Shown in pieces: positions 1 through 9,181 of a stretch of 33,322 bases of DNA. Source of the DNA: an uncultured Methanobrevibacter sp. (GTDB lineage: Archaea > Methanobacteriota > Methanobacteria > Methanobacteriales > Methanobacteriaceae); the NCBI GenBank assembly GCA_902783085.1, contig CACZPT010000026.1:1-33322 (forward strand), written 5' to 3'. The notes below the pieces were generated by a model. It worked only from the letters and a program-made list of their open reading frames with translations. It was not told where the DNA came from and did not search any database. The translations under genes and the position numbers were made by a program. How positions within the stretch are numbered: position 1 is the first letter of the stretch; the number at the start of each line of letters is the position of its first letter.

Positions 1-87
1 AAGTTCTGCTCGAGCCGTATGTTCGGCTAACGGACACGTACGGTTCCAAAGAGGGTGCGGACGAGTAATCGTCCAATCCTATCTAAC
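1..87 (+). mobile_element. 3' end of a group II intron ribozyme (domains V and VI); rest of the intron lies upstream of the window
   Basis: 12-46 GAGCCGTATGTTCGGCTAACGGACACGTACGGTTC folds as domain V: 9-bp lower stem with AGC triad (13-15), AC bulge (36-37), 5-bp upper stem. After a 3-nt linker, 50-84 folds as domain VI: AGAGGG/CCT-A-TCT with bulged A81, plus GGACGA-GTAA-TCGTCC. Ends in AC at 86-87, branch A being the 7th nt from the end. Confidence 0.88.
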
Positions 88-128
88 AGCAAACTAAAAA
101 AATGCTCCAAAATAAAAAAATAATATTA

Positions 129-1532
129 TTAATAAGCATTAGGATTCTTCTTTACAACAGTTTTAATCATTATTCCCAAGTCCAATCCAATATGCCAGTT
201 TTCTACATACTCAATATCATATTCAATACGTTTTTTAATGGAAGTATCTCCCCTACAACCATGAACTTGTGCCCAACCAGTTATGCCCGGTCTAACTTGA
301 TGTTTTACCATATATTTTGGAATTTCTTTTCTGAACTCATCAACAAAATATGGTCTTTCAGGTCTAGGACCAACAACACTCATATCCCCTTTTAAAACAT
401 TGAAAAATTGTGGTAATTCATCAATACTAGTTTTCCTGATAAAATCCCCAATTTTTGTTTTCCTTGGATCATCTTTTGTAGTCCATTCAGATTTTTCATC
501 AGATGGATTTTGAACTTTCATACTACGAAATTTATACATTTTAAAAGGTTTGCCCAGATAACCAATTCTTTCTTGTTTAAATATAATCGGTCCGCGAGAA
601 GTTAATTTAATTGCAATTGCTGTAACTAACATTATAGGAGATGTAATAATAATAGCTATAATAGCAATTATATAATCAGATGTATATTTTAAAAACTTAT
701 TGAATGCATCATCTAAAGGAACATATCTGATATTAATAATAGGAATATCCTCTATCATATCAACAGATGGCTGAGCTGGAAAATACCTAATATAATCCGG
801 GATGATTTCTGCCTTAATTCCAACACGTTCACAGCTTTCTACAAGTTCGTCGATTTTATAATAATATTTTAAGGGAATGGCTAAAACAACCCTATCAAAA
901 CTATTTTCATTTAATATATCATCCAAATCATCAAACGAACCTATAATTTTACTTCCTTCAATTTCCATTCCAACACGATTTTTTCTTCCTAAAAATCCAC
1001 TAATAGCAAAACCTAAATAAGGATTATTTCTAATTTTACGAGCAAAAGTAAATGCTAAATCATTATCTCCAACAATTAGAATATATTTTAAATTCCTATT
1101 ATCTGAGCGTATTTTCTTTAAAAAATTCCTAATAACGAATCTTTCAATAATACCAAATACAGTAGCCACAATACCTAATAAAAATAACATGATTCTTGAG
1201 AAATCAGGTTGATTAATAATAAATAAAATAGCCACCAATACAACAAAAGCGACTATATTTACTTTAATAATTTGAGTTGCTTCTGAAAAAATTGTTTTAT
1301 AGGTTCTGCGCGGTTTATATAATCCAAAACCAAAGTATAATATTAAATAAGTTGGTATAATTGCAAAGGTTAAAAATAAAACATAGCTTTGAAAACTTAA
1401 ATGTCCACCAATAGGGCCAAACATCGTTGTTTTAAAACGTAACCACCATACAATTCCTAATGAACAAATTACTATAACTACATCAAGTAAAACCATTAGA
1501 AGATTAAATATTCTTTGATTTTCACGTATCAT
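129..1532 (-). CDS. Polyprenyl-phosphate hexose-1-phosphate transferase (WcaJ/CpsE-like initiating phosphoglycosyltransferase)
   Basis: N-terminal TM helices, central Rossmann-like ILIVG region, and C-terminal Bac_transf motifs (FKMYKFRSM, DDPR.TKIG.FIRKTSIDELPQFFNVLKGDMSVVGPRPE, PGITGWAQV). GGTG..ATG RBS. Confidence 0.93.
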   Translation of the reverse strand: MIRENQRIFNLLMVLLDVVIVICSLGIVWWLRFKTTMFGPIGGHLSFQSYVLFLTFAIIPTYLILYFGFGLYKPRRTYKTIFSEATQIIKVNIVAFVVLVAILFIINQPDFSRIMLFLLGIVATVFGIIERFVIRNFLKKIRSDNRNLKYILIVGDNDLAFTFARKIRNNPYLGFAISGFLGRKNRVGMEIEGSKIIGSFDDLDDILNENSFDRVVLAIPLKYYYKIDELVESCERVGIKAEIIPDYIRYFPAQPSVDMIEDIPIINIRYVPLDDAFNKFLKYTSDYIIAIIAIIITSPIMLVTAIAIKLTSRGPIIFKQERIGYLGKPFKMYKFRSMKVQNPSDEKSEWTTKDDPRKTKIGDFIRKTSIDELPQFFNVLKGDMSVVGPRPERPYFVDEFRKEIPKYMVKHQVRPGITGWAQVHGCRGDTSIKKRIEYDIEYVENWHIGLDLGIMIKTVVKKNPNAY

Positions 1533-1579
1533 ATTACCACTAAATTAGTATGTTTTTAGTTATGAATTTTATTCAATAT

Positions 1580-2437
1580 TTAATTTTTCGTTTTGAAAAT
1601 ATTTAAAAAAAGTTTTAAAATGCATAAAATTGCAATTCCAATATAAACAATCACATTAACTAAAAAATTGTTTTGAGAAGCATTGTGTTTTTTATAATAA
1701 ATATACATCGCTCTATAAAATTCATAAATTAATTTAGGTCTTTGTTTTTTACTACTTGAACCTTTAAAATGAGTTATTTTATTTTTACCATAATAAACTA
1801 TTTTCCATCCGGCTTTTTTAATCCTATAACATAAATCAATATCTTCACCATACATGAAAAAAGTCTCATCTAAAAATCCGATTTGCGATAAAACATCGAC
1901 TCTAATGAACATGAACGCTCCAGTTAGACAATCAATCTCATAAATACCATCATCATCTAAATTATCTAAGTTATAGTTATTATCACTGCTTTTAGTGGGT
2001 ATGTGGAATAATCTAAAAAATGAATTTTTCACATTTGGAAAAGATCTTTTACATGCTTTATCTAATGTACCATCCTCTAAAAGTACCTGACATCCGCAAG
2101 CTCCAACATCCTTATTTTCCACCATATAATGATAAATATTTTCTAAAGTATCTTTCCATAGAATTGTATCCGAATTTAAAAGTAATACATATTTAGAGTT
2201 AATTTCTTTTAAAGCTTGATTATTTCCTGATGCGAAACCATTATTTTTTGATGAAGCAATGAATTTAACATTATTCTTAAAGTGATTTTTAAGCTTTTCC
2301 AGACTGTCATCACTTGATGCATTATCAACGACGATAATCTCAAAATCAAATGGATAAGAATACATTAATATTGAATTAATAGTATCTTTTGTCAGTTCAA
2401 ATGTATTATAATTAACAATAACAATAGATAAATCCAT
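1580..2437 (-). CDS. GT2 family glycosyltransferase (WbbL/rhamnosyltransferase-like)
   Basis: LSIVIVNYN, VVDNASSD, GFASGNN, LLLNSD, FFMYGEDIDLC motifs; hydrophobic C-terminus. Confidence 0.88.
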   Translation of the reverse strand: MDLSIVIVNYNTFELTKDTINSILMYSYPFDFEIIVVDNASSDDSLEKLKNHFKNNVKFIASSKNNGFASGNNQALKEINSKYVLLLNSDTILWKDTLENIYHYMVENKDVGACGCQVLLEDGTLDKACKRSFPNVKNSFFRLFHIPTKSSDNNYNLDNLDDDGIYEIDCLTGAFMFIRVDVLSQIGFLDETFFMYGEDIDLCYRIKKAGWKIVYYGKNKITHFKGSSSKKQRPKLIYEFYRAMYIYYKKHNASQNNFLVNVIVYIGIAILCILKLFLNIFKTKN

Positions 2438-2441
2438 GTTT

Positions 2442-3407
2442 TCACTTTTTTAAAAATTTTAATGTATTTATAATTAATTTATATTCTAATTTAAAATAAT
2501 TTTTTGTATTGGATTTTTTAAAAATAACTTTATTAACATTAGTTCTGGTTTTTAAACCTTCTTTAACACCATTTAAGTAAGTTGAACCAAAACCCTTCCT
2601 TAAAAAGAATATGTATTTAATAAAAAACCCTAAAAATAAAAATACGAAATTAATAATTTTTAAAGGAATTGGGATATTTTTATAAACTGTCCAAACATTA
2701 TTTCGAGCAGCTAACCTAACTTTAAAGTTATTATATCTACTTCCAGATGTTGCACTTCCGATATGATAAACAATTGCATCCGGACAAAACAGATTTTTAT
2801 AACCATTAATTTGGGATCTAATAGCTAAATCAACATCTTCCATATATGCAAAGTAATTATCATCAAAAAAGCCTAATTCACTTAAAATAACTTTATTATA
2901 TAATGCTGCGCCTGCACAACTTGAAAATATTTCATCTACTTCTTTATAATTTGTTGATGGTTGATTTTCACCACGTTTTTTAGTCCATGCAAGTAGATTA
3001 TACTCATCTCCAACATCATCAATTAAATCCTTATTGTTAAATTGAAGCATTTTAGCTTGAACCGAAAAAACATTATCTTCAGTTATTAAATTAAGCATCT
3101 TTTCTATAGAACCTTTTTTAATTTGAGTGTCATTATTTAACGATAATATATAATCATATTTTGATTTTAAAATTCCTTGATTAACCGCCGGTGCAAAACC
3201 CAAGTTCTCATCATTTTCAATTAAAACAACAGGAAAATTAAAAGCCGAATTTTTAATAAATTCTAAACTAGAATCATCAGATCCATTATCAATGATTATA
3301 ATTTCACCAATATATTCACTATTTTCATTAAGTGATTTAAAATAGTTTTTAAGAAATTTTTCCCCATTATAATTAGGTGTAACAACAGAAACTTTCATGT
3401 TAATCAT
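2442..3407 (-). CDS. GT2 family glycosyltransferase (rhamnosyltransferase-like); start may be 3398
   Basis: VSVVTPNYNG, IDNGSDD, NLGFA..VN.G, LNND, FAYMEDVDL motifs. Confidence 0.88.
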   Translation of the reverse strand: MINMKVSVVTPNYNGEKFLKNYFKSLNENSEYIGEIIIIDNGSDDSSLEFIKNSAFNFPVVLIENDENLGFAPAVNQGILKSKYDYILSLNNDTQIKKGSIEKMLNLITEDNVFSVQAKMLQFNNKDLIDDVGDEYNLLAWTKKRGENQPSTNYKEVDEIFSSCAGAALYNKVILSELGFFDDNYFAYMEDVDLAIRSQINGYKNLFCPDAIVYHIGSATSGSRYNNFKVRLAARNNVWTVYKNIPIPLKIINFVFLFLGFFIKYIFFLRKGFGSTYLNGVKEGLKTRTNVNKVIFKKSNTKNYFKLEYKLIINTLKFLKK

Positions 3408-4360
3408 ATTGAATTTTTAAATTTTTTCCACACTTCATAATATAATTTTGGATTAAATAAAAATAACTTAATTTTAATTGTAAACTTTTTATCCCCTTTA
3501 AACATAGATAATTTATTAAACAAATCTAATTTCTCCATTTGATTTATAACTTCATCAAAATTATAATCATTATAAAAAAAATAATTCATATTTCCAAAAA
3601 TAGCTCTAGGAATTCTTGAAGTATAAATTAAATCCGAAAGGTTATTCAAATTTCTGTCTTTATAATTTTGAGCAATATTTTCCAATACATTTACAATTTC
3701 AAATCGTTTAAAACCAGATGTGTTAATTGCAGATGCATTATGTTGAATATAAAAATAAGTGGTTTCATTACTTATTCGGATTGTATTTCCATAACTTAAA
3801 GCATTAAGTGCAAATTCCAAATCTTCACCATAAATAACATCACAACTAAATTTTAAATTGTTGTTTTTAATAATATCACTTTTATAAAGTAATTGTACAA
3901 AATTAAATGGTATTTTCATCTCAAGTTCCAATTTAATGAAGTCTTCGGTTGACATTTCTAATTCATGATAAAAATAAGGACTAGTCGTTGAATCAACAGT
4001 TTTTTTAACAAGTTGTGTTAGGCTAAAATCACTTACACCGTTATAAAGCTCAGATAGATGATTACTTGAAATATAATCATCACCATCAACAAATAATAAA
4101 TATTCGCCGCAGGCTTCATCAATTCCTTTATTTCTAGCACTGCCAACGCCAGAATTCTCTTGATGGATAATTTTATGCTTAATTTGTGAGTTTGAAAGCT
4201 TATCGTTGATTATTTTTAAGCTATTATCAGTTGATCCATCATCAATTACAATGATTTCAAAATCTCTAAAATTTTGATTTAAAATGGAATCTAAAGTTGC
4301 AGAAATATAATTTTCCTGATTAAAAACTGGAATAATTACACTGACTTTAATATCATCCAT
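3404..4360 (-). CDS. GT2 family glycosyltransferase
   Basis: VSVIIPVFN, IDDGSTD, N.GVGSARN.G, FVDGDD, GEDLEF motifs. Confidence 0.9.
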   Translation of the reverse strand: MDDIKVSVIIPVFNQENYISATLDSILNQNFRDFEIIVIDDGSTDNSLKIINDKLSNSQIKHKIIHQENSGVGSARNKGIDEACGEYLLFVDGDDYISSNHLSELYNGVSDFSLTQLVKKTVDSTTSPYFYHELEMSTEDFIKLELEMKIPFNFVQLLYKSDIIKNNNLKFSCDVIYGEDLEFALNALSYGNTIRISNETTYFYIQHNASAINTSGFKRFEIVNVLENIAQNYKDRNLNNLSDLIYTSRIPRAIFGNMNYFFYNDYNFDEVINQMEKLDLFNKLSMFKGDKKFTIKIKLFLFNPKLYYEVWKKFKNSI

Positions 4361-5439
4361 TAAATGCCCCCATTTAAGATAAAATCTACAACACGTTTAG
4401 ATGAATTTCCATCAATATAGTCAAATTGAGTTTTTAAAAAATTTTCAAAATCATGTGAAGGCATATCACAAGATAAACATTCGATTAATTGATTGGAATC
4501 ATAAACAATCGCTCCCGGCAAATCATTTTTATAATCAATGTAAAATCCACGTTCATTAGATAAATAATTATCCAAATCATATGCAAAAAATATGATTGGT
4601 TTTTTTAAAAGTGAAAATTCAATCATTACTGATGAATAATCCGTTATTAAAATATCCGAAATCAAAAGTAGTTCCTGTTCGTTTTCATAGTCACTGCAAT
4701 CAATATAAAACTCAGAATCTGTAATGTTAGCCCCATAAAAGTTTTTAATCTTAGGGTGAAGTCTCAATACTAGAATATAATCATCAGACAAGTTTTCATT
4801 GAATTCCTTTAAATTTAAATAATTAAAAACATTGTTAAACTCTTCATTTTCCCTAAATGTAGGGGCATAAAGGATTATTTTTTTATTCTCATCCAAAGCA
4901 TATTTTTTATAAAATAATTTTTTTAAATAATCTAAATCATGATTTTCAAAATAATAATCCGCTCGTGGAAGACCCAATGGCTTTATTTTAGATTTATCTT
5001 TAATTTGAAAAGCCTCGGCATAATAATTTTCAACATTTTTTGAAGTTGTAATCAAATAATCTGTGCTTGCAGAAACTTTCAAAAGCATTTCTTTATCTTC
5101 AATGCTTGCACCGAACTTTTTAAAAGCACCTGGTGCATGCCATAGTTGGATTACAGTAGTATCCTTATTAAAATTCATAAAAGCTAGTGGAAAAAAGTTG
5201 TCATTTAAAAAAACATAATGTGACTTTGCCAGTTTTTTTAATTTGTTAATAGAAAATTTATCTTTATAGAAATAGTTAAATTCAAAATTTCCTCTTTTTT
5301 CAAGTTCTCTTTTAACAAAGTTTAAATTCCCACTAAAAGATTTATTAGAATCAATTATAAATGAAACAAGATTATCATCAATTGAAGATTTAGAAAAAAT
5401 ATTAAACAATTTTCCAAATACTTTATGTTTAAAATACAT
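4360..5439 (-). CDS. CDP-glycerol/ribitol glycerophosphotransferase family (TagB/TagF-like)
   Basis: IQLWHAPGAFKKFG, LGLPRAD, ILYAPTFR, LRLHP and SDILITDYSS motifs typical of the Glyphos_transf family. Confidence 0.9.
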   Translation of the reverse strand: MYFKHKVFGKLFNIFSKSSIDDNLVSFIIDSNKSFSGNLNFVKRELEKRGNFEFNYFYKDKFSINKLKKLAKSHYVFLNDNFFPLAFMNFNKDTTVIQLWHAPGAFKKFGASIEDKEMLLKVSASTDYLITTSKNVENYYAEAFQIKDKSKIKPLGLPRADYYFENHDLDYLKKLFYKKYALDENKKIILYAPTFRENEEFNNVFNYLNLKEFNENLSDDYILVLRLHPKIKNFYGANITDSEFYIDCSDYENEQELLLISDILITDYSSVMIEFSLLKKPIIFFAYDLDNYLSNERGFYIDYKNDLPGAIVYDSNQLIECLSCDMPSHDFENFLKTQFDYIDGNSSKRVVDFILNGGI

Positions 5440-5440
5440 A

Positions 5441-7210
5441 TTATCCTAACTGTATACCGCTCAATTGTTCTTCAGATGCTTTTTTAGCTGCTTCAATATA
5501 TGCATCGCAGACATAATCAACATCCCCATCCATTACTAATTTACCGTTATCAAGCCAAATTGCTCTTGTACATAACTCACGAATGTTATCTATTGCATGA
5601 GATACCAATAATACAGTAACCCCAGAACCCATCATTGATTTAAGTTTATCTCCACTTTTCTTTTGGAATTTAACATCTCCAACCGATAAAACTTCATCTA
5701 AAATCAATACATCCGGTTCCACAATAGTTGCAACAGAAAATCCTAATTTAGCCACCATACCGGAAGAATAATTTTTAATTGGAACATCAATAAAATCATC
5801 CAATTCTGAAAATTCTAATATTTCATCATATTTACTTTCCAAAAATTCTCTAGAATAACCTAAAATAGCCCCATTTAAAAATATATTTTCACGACCACTA
5901 TAATTATGGTCAAAACCAGCACCAAGCTCCAGTAATGGTGCAACAATACCATTAGTAATAATTTCACCCCTGGTTGGTTTTAAAACACCAGATAAGATTT
6001 TTAATATTGTACTTTTTCCAGCTCCATTAAAACCGATGATTCCTACTCTTTCACCTTTATTAATTGAAAATGAAATATCGTCCAATGCTTTAAATTTCAT
6101 TTTAGGTTTTAATTCTCTTTTAACCCATTTAATGCAGTATTCTTTAAGATTATCTACTTTTTCCTGCGGTTTTTTAAATTCCATTGATACATTTTTAACA
6201 TCAATTACAATGTCCTTATTTAATAATTTATAATGTTCATCGTCACCTAATTCTGTTCCCCAAATATTTGTTGTTTCATCAAATAGATTAGGAGGACTTT
6301 CAAAGTCCTTCGGATGAACATCAACATAGAAATTAGGAGTTACACCATAATTTTCTGTATAACCAGATAAAGTTTTTAAACCTTCACTACAACATTTTAA
6401 AACTAATCTAATAGCTGCAGAACCTTTACCACGAACTGATGGATACCAAATAAGGTTATCTTTGTCAAATTCATCTTCATAAAGCTCTTCATCAATATCA
6501 TCATCAGTTAGTTTATTAATTTTACTTGCTTTAAAATAATATCGGAGTAATTCAAAACCTTCAGGAATATTTATTTTAACTTCCTGCCTTTCGGTGGAAA
6601 CTCCATTAAAGTTCCTAAAGTAAAGTGAATATCTAAATTCATCCCCAACAGCTAATTGTAGTGGATTATCTTCATCGGGGAAATATGTATTTGTTTCACC
6701 ACAAGATAAAATATATTTTTTAATTTCAAAAACAAGTCTTACACGAACAAAATCGAAAAATAACAATCCTTCATTTTTACTTGAATTTTCAGGAAATTCA
6801 AATTCAAGCTTAAAATTATCATCTTTAATATCTTCACCTTTAACATCTTCAAGAGCTATTAAAACACTACGATCTGAAGGAAAGATATCCGCATCAATAA
6901 AAGAGCTAGTTTCAAATTCTTCATCCCCAATAGTCAGTTTTATTTTAGGCGGCTCCATTTTAATTGGATTTTGTGAAGAATCCTTGTGAAAATCATGTTC
7001 AATGACAATTTCAGAAACACGAGCATCATCTGGAATATTAAAATTAAAATCACTAATAACTAAAACAGCAGGCTTTTGAGCTGAGGATACATTAGTTGAT
7101 GCTACATTATCCCAATCATCAATCAAAATATTATCTAAATCATTCCAATCAGATTTACCCTTTTCGTTTATTTGAAAAACTTTTTTTGGATATCTTAATT
7201 GAATTGTCAT
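5441..7210 (-). CDS. wzt: Polysaccharide/teichoic-acid ABC exporter ATPase (Wzt/TagH-like) with ~330-aa N-terminal extension
   Basis: C-terminal ~255 aa: Walker A GFNGAGKST, signature YSSGM, Walker B LILDE, H-loop VSH. Directly downstream of a Wzm-like permease. Confidence 0.88.
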   Translation of the reverse strand: MTIQLRYPKKVFQINEKGKSDWNDLDNILIDDWDNVASTNVSSAQKPAVLVISDFNFNIPDDARVSEIVIEHDFHKDSSQNPIKMEPPKIKLTIGDEEFETSSFIDADIFPSDRSVLIALEDVKGEDIKDDNFKLEFEFPENSSKNEGLLFFDFVRVRLVFEIKKYILSCGETNTYFPDEDNPLQLAVGDEFRYSLYFRNFNGVSTERQEVKINIPEGFELLRYYFKASKINKLTDDDIDEELYEDEFDKDNLIWYPSVRGKGSAAIRLVLKCCSEGLKTLSGYTENYGVTPNFYVDVHPKDFESPPNLFDETTNIWGTELGDDEHYKLLNKDIVIDVKNVSMEFKKPQEKVDNLKEYCIKWVKRELKPKMKFKALDDISFSINKGERVGIIGFNGAGKSTILKILSGVLKPTRGEIITNGIVAPLLELGAGFDHNYSGRENIFLNGAILGYSREFLESKYDEILEFSELDDFIDVPIKNYSSGMVAKLGFSVATIVEPDVLILDEVLSVGDVKFQKKSGDKLKSMMGSGVTVLLVSHAIDNIRELCTRAIWLDNGKLVMDGDVDYVCDAYIEAAKKASEEQLSGIQLG

Positions 7211-7220
7211 TGCCTAACCT

Positions 7221-8006
7221 CTAAATATTAAGTACGAACTCATCTTGTTTTTTATAAAATACATAAATTCCAATAGCTAATGCTATAAATGATGTTATAA
7301 TCAAATAAATAAAGTAATTCATTTCAGGAAAAGTTCCATTTAATACAATATCCCTAAAACACTTAACAGCAGCATAAAGTGGATTTATTTTAAATAATAA
7401 TAAATATTGTTCAGGAATCATTTCAATTGGATAGAATAATGGAGTCATAAATGATAAAAGCATTATTAAAACACCATATAAATATTTAATATCAGTGAAA
7501 AATGTTGTAGCAGTCGCAAGTATTAATCCAACCCCCATAGTTAAAATCAATAAGAAAAACAAAGGAATTGGAGAATAAAAAAGTGACATGTAAAATGGAG
7601 CACCAGTAACAATCATTACCGCAATCAATACAATCAATGAGATTAAAAAGTTAATAAACTCCGAACATACAATTCCCACCGCAAACATGTATTTTGGAAC
7701 ATATATTTTCTTAATAATTTCAGAATTTCCTTTAATTGAATCCATAGCCCCCGTTGTTGCATTAGCAAATAAATCAAATACTAATTTACCACTTAATAAA
7801 TAAACAGGAAAGTTAGGAATAGACCCTCCAAAAAACTGTGAAAATACCATTGTAAGAACAATCATTGAAAGTAACGGATTTAAAAAACTCCAAAACAAAC
7901 CTAAAGTGGAATCTTTATATTTACCACTTATATCTCTTTTTATTAATTCAGTAAGTAAAAAAGAATACTTACCAAAGTTTTTAAAATGCTGGTTGTTTTC
8001 AAACAT
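7221..8006 (-). CDS. wzm: ABC-2 type polysaccharide exporter permease (Wzm/TagG-like); ATG 8006 preferred over TTG 8027
   Basis: RDI.GKYK.S.LG.FWSFLNPL, about 6 TM segments, TPLFYP and NPL motifs. Confidence 0.9.
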   Translation of the reverse strand: MFENNQHFKNFGKYSFLLTELIKRDISGKYKDSTLGLFWSFLNPLLSMIVLTMVFSQFFGGSIPNFPVYLLSGKLVFDLFANATTGAMDSIKGNSEIIKKIYVPKYMFAVGIVCSEFINFLISLIVLIAVMIVTGAPFYMSLFYSPIPLFFLLILTMGVGLILATATTFFTDIKYLYGVLIMLLSFMTPLFYPIEMIPEQYLLLFKINPLYAAVKCFRDIVLNGTFPEMNYFIYLIITSFIALAIGIYVFYKKQDEFVLNI

Positions 8007-8133
8007 TATCCAATCAAACTCGCCCAATTATTTAAATTAAAATGAGTAACTAATATAATTATGAAAAAGATTATATAAAAAATTATCTTTTAAAAATATA
8101 GATTAGAAAAAAACAATTGGTGTTTAAATTTAA

Positions 8134-9180
8134 TTATGATGACGATTTTTTAAATTTATTAGAGAAAAGCCCAACAATATTTCTTTTTAATTTAATTGAG
8201 TTAATATTCTTTACAATTTTATTATAATCATCGTTTAAAATTGGTTCGTATAACGATCCATAAATTTTTTCATCGAAACCCCCTGCGATTTCTAATTGTT
8301 TTTTAAATAAATCATTGATATTTTTAATTAAAAATTCTTTATCATCATTTGAAAGATCACTTAAAATTAAACTTGTTAACCAATAAACAAAGTGTAATCT
8401 AAATACATCAGAATAATATTCTTGAAGATTATTTTCTTCTAAGAATTTATTAACTTTTCTGTAGCCTTCAATCATTTTGTAAAGATATTTAGCACTTCTT
8501 ATATGAATAGTTGATTTATTACCTTCAACATTACGAATATAATAATTATAACTGTAGAAATCAGCTAAATAAATAGTTGATTTTGATTTTACTAAAGAAA
8601 CAACGAATACATATAAATCCTCAGCCAACATCCCTTCCAAAAATCTAATATTGTTATCAATTAAAAACTGTTTTTTAAAGATTTTTGTCCATATACTTGG
8701 ATCTAAACTAAACAATCTTAAATCGTCTTTAAAATCATTAACATGAACATGTTCATTTCCAAAAACACTTTCAACTTTGACTTTTTCATCACCGAAAACT
8801 TTATAATAATTTGTTATAACAAAATCCGCATCATTTTCGGAAATTGTATTATACATTACTTCAAAAGAATTTGGCATATAAGTATCATCATGATCTGAAA
8901 ATATTACATAATCTGCATCGGATGAATCTATTCCAATATTACGTCCTTTTCCAGGAAATCCACTGTTTTCATCTAATAATATTGATTTAACATTTGAATA
9001 GTTTTCTTCAAATAGTTTAAGTAATGATAGCGTGTATTCATCTGTTGAATTATCATCGACAAAAATTATTTGGATATTTTCAAATCCGATTGATTGATAC
9101 ATCATCGAATCCATAAATGAGTTAAGAAATAATCCTGAATTGTATGTTGGAACAATTACTGATATTTTATATCTTGTCAT
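8134..9180 (-). CDS. GT2 family glycosyltransferase (paralog of 9182-10231)
   Basis: ISVIVPTYNS, VDDNSTD, NSGFPGKGRNIG, FSDHDD, EGMLAED motifs. Confidence 0.88.
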   Translation of the reverse strand: MTRYKISVIVPTYNSGLFLNSFMDSMMYQSIGFENIQIIFVDDNSTDEYTLSLLKLFEENYSNVKSILLDENSGFPGKGRNIGIDSSDADYVIFSDHDDTYMPNSFEVMYNTISENDADFVITNYYKVFGDEKVKVESVFGNEHVHVNDFKDDLRLFSLDPSIWTKIFKKQFLIDNNIRFLEGMLAEDLYVFVVSLVKSKSTIYLADFYSYNYYIRNVEGNKSTIHIRSAKYLYKMIEGYRKVNKFLEENNLQEYYSDVFRLHFVYWLTSLILSDLSNDDKEFLIKNINDLFKKQLEIAGGFDEKIYGSLYEPILNDDYNKIVKNINSIKLKRNIVGLFSNKFKKSSS

Positions 9181-9181
9181 G

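Noticed and set aside
102-395. 97-aa + strand ORF just after the intron end
   Set aside because: Antisense to the conserved C-terminus of the phosphotransferase, with no recognisable motif. It is not an intron-encoded protein, which would lie upstream of DV.
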